DNA of 64,000 nucleotides from an uncultured Actinomycetota bacterium (lineage in GTDB: Bacteria > Actinomycetota > Actinomycetes > JAHEKZ01), in NCBI GenBank assembly GCA_963743915.1, contig CAVURN010000001.1, forward strand, positions 352,001 to 416,000, in the 5' to 3' direction. Positions 61,093-64,000 of this stretch are shown here, one piece after another. A program made the position numbers and the translations under genes. Each line of letters opens with the position of its first letter. Positions within the stretch are counted from its first letter, which is position 1. Below the pieces are notes generated by a model. That model made no database searches, had not been told where the DNA came from, and saw only the letters and a program-made list of their open reading frames with translations.

Positions 61093-62310
61093 GTGACCGC
61101 GCCAGGGCCGCAGTCGCCCACCACGTACGGTGGCCCGGTGAGCTCCGTCCCCCCGCAGCGGTACGTCTACCTGCCGCCTGCGCCGTCAGCCCCGTCGTCG
61201 ACCCCGTCGTCGACCCCGTCGTCGACTGGGCGTCGCACCCCGCCCCTGGTGGTGGTCCTGGTGGCAGCGTTGGTGACCGGGCTCGTAGGAGGAGCCGTTG
61301 CCGCAGGGGTGGTGCTGTGGGCCGACGCGCGGTCCGACGAGATCCCGGGCGTCACGCTGCCGTTCGTGCCTGACGGTGGCCGCGAGCCGGCGCCGGGAAG
61401 CGTCACTGCGGTGGCGGACGCCGTCCTGCCGACGGTGGTGTCGCTGGAGGTGCGCGGATTCGAGCAGGCGTCGTCCGGCTCCGGGGTGGTCATCCGACCG
61501 GACGGGTACATCCTCACCAACAGCCACGTGGTCAGCGGTGCGCTGGACGGTGGCTCGATCACGGTCACCTTCAGCGACGGAGCCCGGGTGCCCGCACGGG
61601 TGGTGGGCCGCTCGCCGACGTACGACCTGGCGGTGGTGCGGGTGGAACGGCGGGACCTCCCGACGGCAGCGCTGGGCGACTCCGACGGCCTGCTGGTGGG
61701 GGACCCCGTCGTCGCGGTAGGGGCACCGCTGGGTCTGACCGGCACCGTCACCACGGGCATCGTCAGCGCACTGGACCGACCGGTCACGACGTCTGACGCG
61801 GGCGAGGCGTCCTACATCAGCGCCATCCAGACCGACGCGGCCATCAACCCCGGGAACTCCGGAGGTCCGCTCGTCGACGGGCAGGGGCGCGTGGTCGGCA
61901 TCACCACCGCGATCGCGACCCTCGGGGGTGGACGCAGCGGGAGCATCGGTCTCGGTTTCGCGATTCCCGTCACCCAGGCCCGGCAGATCGCCGAGCAGCT
62001 CATCTCCGAGGGTCAGGCGGAGTACCCCGTGGTCGGGGTGGTCCTCGATCTCACCTATCGGGGACAGGGCGCCAGGGTGCAGAGCACGTCCGGGGCGCGA
62101 GCGCCGGTGACGCCGGGTGGTCCGGCGGACCTCGCGGGCATCGAGCCCGGCGACATCGTGACCGAGGTCCAGGGCAAGGCCGTGGGCACCTTCGAGGAGT
62201 TCGTGGTCCTGATCCGCAGCCTCACACCCGGCGACGAGGTGGACCTCACCGTCCGGCGGGACGGCGACACCTTCACGACCACGGTCACCTTGGGTGCCAC
62301 GGTCGGCTGA
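61093..62310 (+). CDS. htrA: HtrA/DegP serine protease with PDZ domain
   Basis: TM; GSGVV, ILTNSHVV, DLAVV, IQTDAAINPGNSGGPL, GLGFAIP; C-terminal PDZ. Confidence 0.92.
   Translation: MTAPGPQSPTTYGGPVSSVPPQRYVYLPPAPSAPSSTPSSTPSSTGRRTPPLVVVLVAALVTGLVGGAVAAGVVLWADARSDEIPGVTLPFVPDGGREPAPGSVTAVADAVLPTVVSLEVRGFEQASSGSGVVIRPDGYILTNSHVVSGALDGGSITVTFSDGARVPARVVGRSPTYDLAVVRVERRDLPTAALGDSDGLLVGDPVVAVGAPLGLTGTVTTGIVSALDRPVTTSDAGEASYISAIQTDAAINPGNSGGPLVDGQGRVVGITTAIATLGGGRSGSIGLGFAIPVTQARQIAEQLISEGQAEYPVVGVVLDLTYRGQGARVQSTSGARAPVTPGGPADLAGIEPGDIVTEVQGKAVGTFEEFVVLIRSLTPGDEVDLTVRRDGDTFTTTVTLGATVG
61190..61225 (+). repeat. 12-bp tandem repeat, three copies, in the htrA N-terminus
   Basis: CCCCGTCGTCGA x3 encoding PSST repeats. 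Confidence 0.85.
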
Positions 62311-62337
62311 GGCGCCGCTGCGGCGTACCCTGGCACG

Positions 62338-62670
62338 GTGCTGTCGGACATCGGCTTCTTCGAGATCGCCACGATCGCGGTCCTCGCGCTGCTGATCTTC
62401 GGCCCCGAGCGACTGCCGAAGCTGGCGTCGGACGCCGCGCGCATGCTCCGCGAGGTCCGCAAGATGGCCACGGGGGCACGTCAGGACCTCAAGGACTCGC
62501 TAGGGCCCGAGCTGTCGGACCTCAACATCAGCGAGCTCGACCCGCGCACCTTCGTCAAGCGCAACCTCCTCGATCCGATCGACGAAGAGGTGACCGACCT
62601 CAACCGTCAGATCAAGGGTGACGAGACGCCGCGACCGAAGTCAGCGGGTTTCGACGCCGACACCACCTGA
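62338..62670 (+). CDS. tatB: Sec-independent translocase TatB
   Basis: DIGFFE...LLIFGPERLP, ELDPRTFV, FDADTT. Confidence 0.92.
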   Translation: MLSDIGFFEIATIAVLALLIFGPERLPKLASDAARMLREVRKMATGARQDLKDSLGPELSDLNISELDPRTFVKRNLLDPIDEEVTDLNRQIKGDETPRPKSAGFDADTT

Positions 62671-62673
62671 CGG

Positions 62674-63804
62674 CTAGCTCGTCGGAGACAGGGAGAGCGA
62701 CTTGCCCAGCAGTCCGCGCTCACGGCGTCCGAGCTGACCGGCGATCTTCCGCAGCACCAGGGCGGCCGGCGCGTCGGGGTCGGCGAGCACCAGCGGGCGT
62801 CCGTTGTCGCCGCCCTCCCGCAGCCGCACGTCGATCGGGACCGCACCCAGCAGCGGGACCTCGGCACCGAGCGAGCGCGACAGGCCGGCCGCGACCTGCT
62901 CGCCGCCACCGGTGCCGAAGACGTCGATGTGCTCGCCGCAGTGCGGGCACGGCAGCCACGCCATGTTCTCGATGACACCGGCGACGCGCTGGTGGGTCTG
63001 CAGGGCGATGGTGCCCGCCCGCTCCGCGACCTCGGCCGCCGCCTGCTGCGGGGTGGTGACCACCAGGATCTCGGCGGAGGGGACCAGCTGCGCGACCGAG
63101 ATCGCGATGTCACCGGTCCCGGGAGGCAGGTCCATGAGCAGGACGTCGAGGTCGCCCCACCAGACGTCGGCCAGGAACTGCTGCAGGGCGCGGTGCAGCA
63201 TCGGGCCGCGCCAGACCACGGGGGTGTTGCCCGCGGTGAACATGCCGATCGAGATGACCTTCACGCCGTGCGACTGCGGCGGCATGATCATGTCCTCGAC
63301 CTGAGTGGGCCGACCTTCGACCCCCAGCATGCGGGGCACGGAGTGCCCGTAGATGTCGGCGTCCACGACACCGACCGAGAGCCCTTCGGCGGCCATCGTG
63401 GCGGCCAGGTTGACCGTGACGGATGACTTGCCCACGCCGCCTTTGCCGGACGCCACCGCGAACACGCGGGTGAGGGAGTCCGCGCGGGCGAAGGGGATCT
63501 CGCGCTCCGCCTGACCGCCCCTCAGCCGCTGCGCCATGGCCTGGCGTTGCTCGTCGCTCATCACGTCGAGGGTCACGGCCACGTCGGAGACGCCCGGTAC
63601 CTGACCGACGGCACGGGTGACGTCGGCGGTGATGCGGTCGCGCATCGGACAGCCCGCCACCGTGAGGTACACCTCGACCGCGACCCGGCCGGACGCGTCG
63701 GCGTCCACCGACTTGACCATTCCGAGGTCAGTGATCGGCTGGTGGATCTCCGGGTCCTTGACGGTGGCCAGAGCAGCGTGGACGGCAGCGAGGTCGACAG
63801 GCAT
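62674..63804 (-). CDS. mrp: Mrp/ApbC Fe-S cluster carrier ATPase
   Basis: VKDPEI, SGKGGVGKS, DADIYG, WRGPM, DLPPGTGD, VTTPQ, ENM..CPHC. Confidence 0.95.
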   Translation of the reverse strand: MPVDLAAVHAALATVKDPEIHQPITDLGMVKSVDADASGRVAVEVYLTVAGCPMRDRITADVTRAVGQVPGVSDVAVTLDVMSDEQRQAMAQRLRGGQAEREIPFARADSLTRVFAVASGKGGVGKSSVTVNLAATMAAEGLSVGVVDADIYGHSVPRMLGVEGRPTQVEDMIMPPQSHGVKVISIGMFTAGNTPVVWRGPMLHRALQQFLADVWWGDLDVLLMDLPPGTGDIAISVAQLVPSAEILVVTTPQQAAAEVAERAGTIALQTHQRVAGVIENMAWLPCPHCGEHIDVFGTGGGEQVAAGLSRSLGAEVPLLGAVPIDVRLREGGDNGRPLVLADPDAPAALVLRKIAGQLGRRERGLLGKSLSLSPTS

Positions 63805-63822
63805 GCATCGATGCTACGTGCG

Positions 63823-64000
63823 TCAGGAATCCTCCGGCGCGTCGACCTGGGTGACGCGCAGCACCTCGTCGAAGGTGGTCCTCCCGGCGGCGGCGTGCTC
63901 GAGCGCGGCCTGTCGGAGTGTGACGAACCCCTGGCGGTGCTCCACCAGTGTCTGCTCGGTGGGGTCGTGGGCGAAGGCACGCCTCAGCGAGGCGGTGATG
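63823..64000 (-). CDS. C-terminus of a GspE/PilB-type secretion or pilus ATPase (truncated by window edge)
   Basis: My translation ...GFVTLRQAALEHAAAGRTTFDEVLRVT..., the typical GxTTxxEVLRV tail; stop at 63823. Confidence 0.75.
   Translation of the reverse strand, partial: ITASLRRAFAHDPTEQTLVEHRQGFVTLRQAALEHAAAGRTTFDEVLRVTQVDAPEDS

Overview
High-GC actinomycete chromosome segment, mostly core genome, with about 65 genes. In order: OmpR-type response regulator/kinase, gtrA, nrtR divergent from a nadABC-purKE run, a cell-envelope block (two LCP proteins flanking wzm/wzt, TIGR03089, amidase, SpoIID, mannose-1-P guanylyltransferase), an alkA-like glycosylase, an inserted DUF222-HNH gene plus peptidase E, an F420 cluster (fbiB, fbiA/cofD, fbiC) interrupted by a methyltransferase and a secreted protein-regulator-kinase module, whiB, the conserved GT2/DUF5719/DUF3499/manB/Trm112/PGI-PMI/CDF/ahcY block, RDD/SpoIIM, pgi, fdxA-dapC, dapD/dapE, yceI, LOG, MFS, folP, DivIVA-domain, DUF3117, O-methyltransferase, htrA, tatB, mrp and the end of a PilB/GspE ATPase. 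I saw no rRNA, tRNA, CRISPR array, transposase or integrase. Five genes carry single-base insertions that look like sequencing errors. The most interesting signals are regulatory: a PafBC-type DNA-damage promoter and structured leader in front of the DUF222-HNH gene, a small zinc-ribbon gene behind a sigma-28/WhiG-type promoter with a 9-bp repeat array, a symmetric bidirectional leaderless promoter between dapD and dapE, probable ATC and CTG start codons, nadABC joined to purKE under an NrtR operator, and absence of sigE-rseA from their usual site. All calls come from motif reading and recalled synteny, not from database searches.
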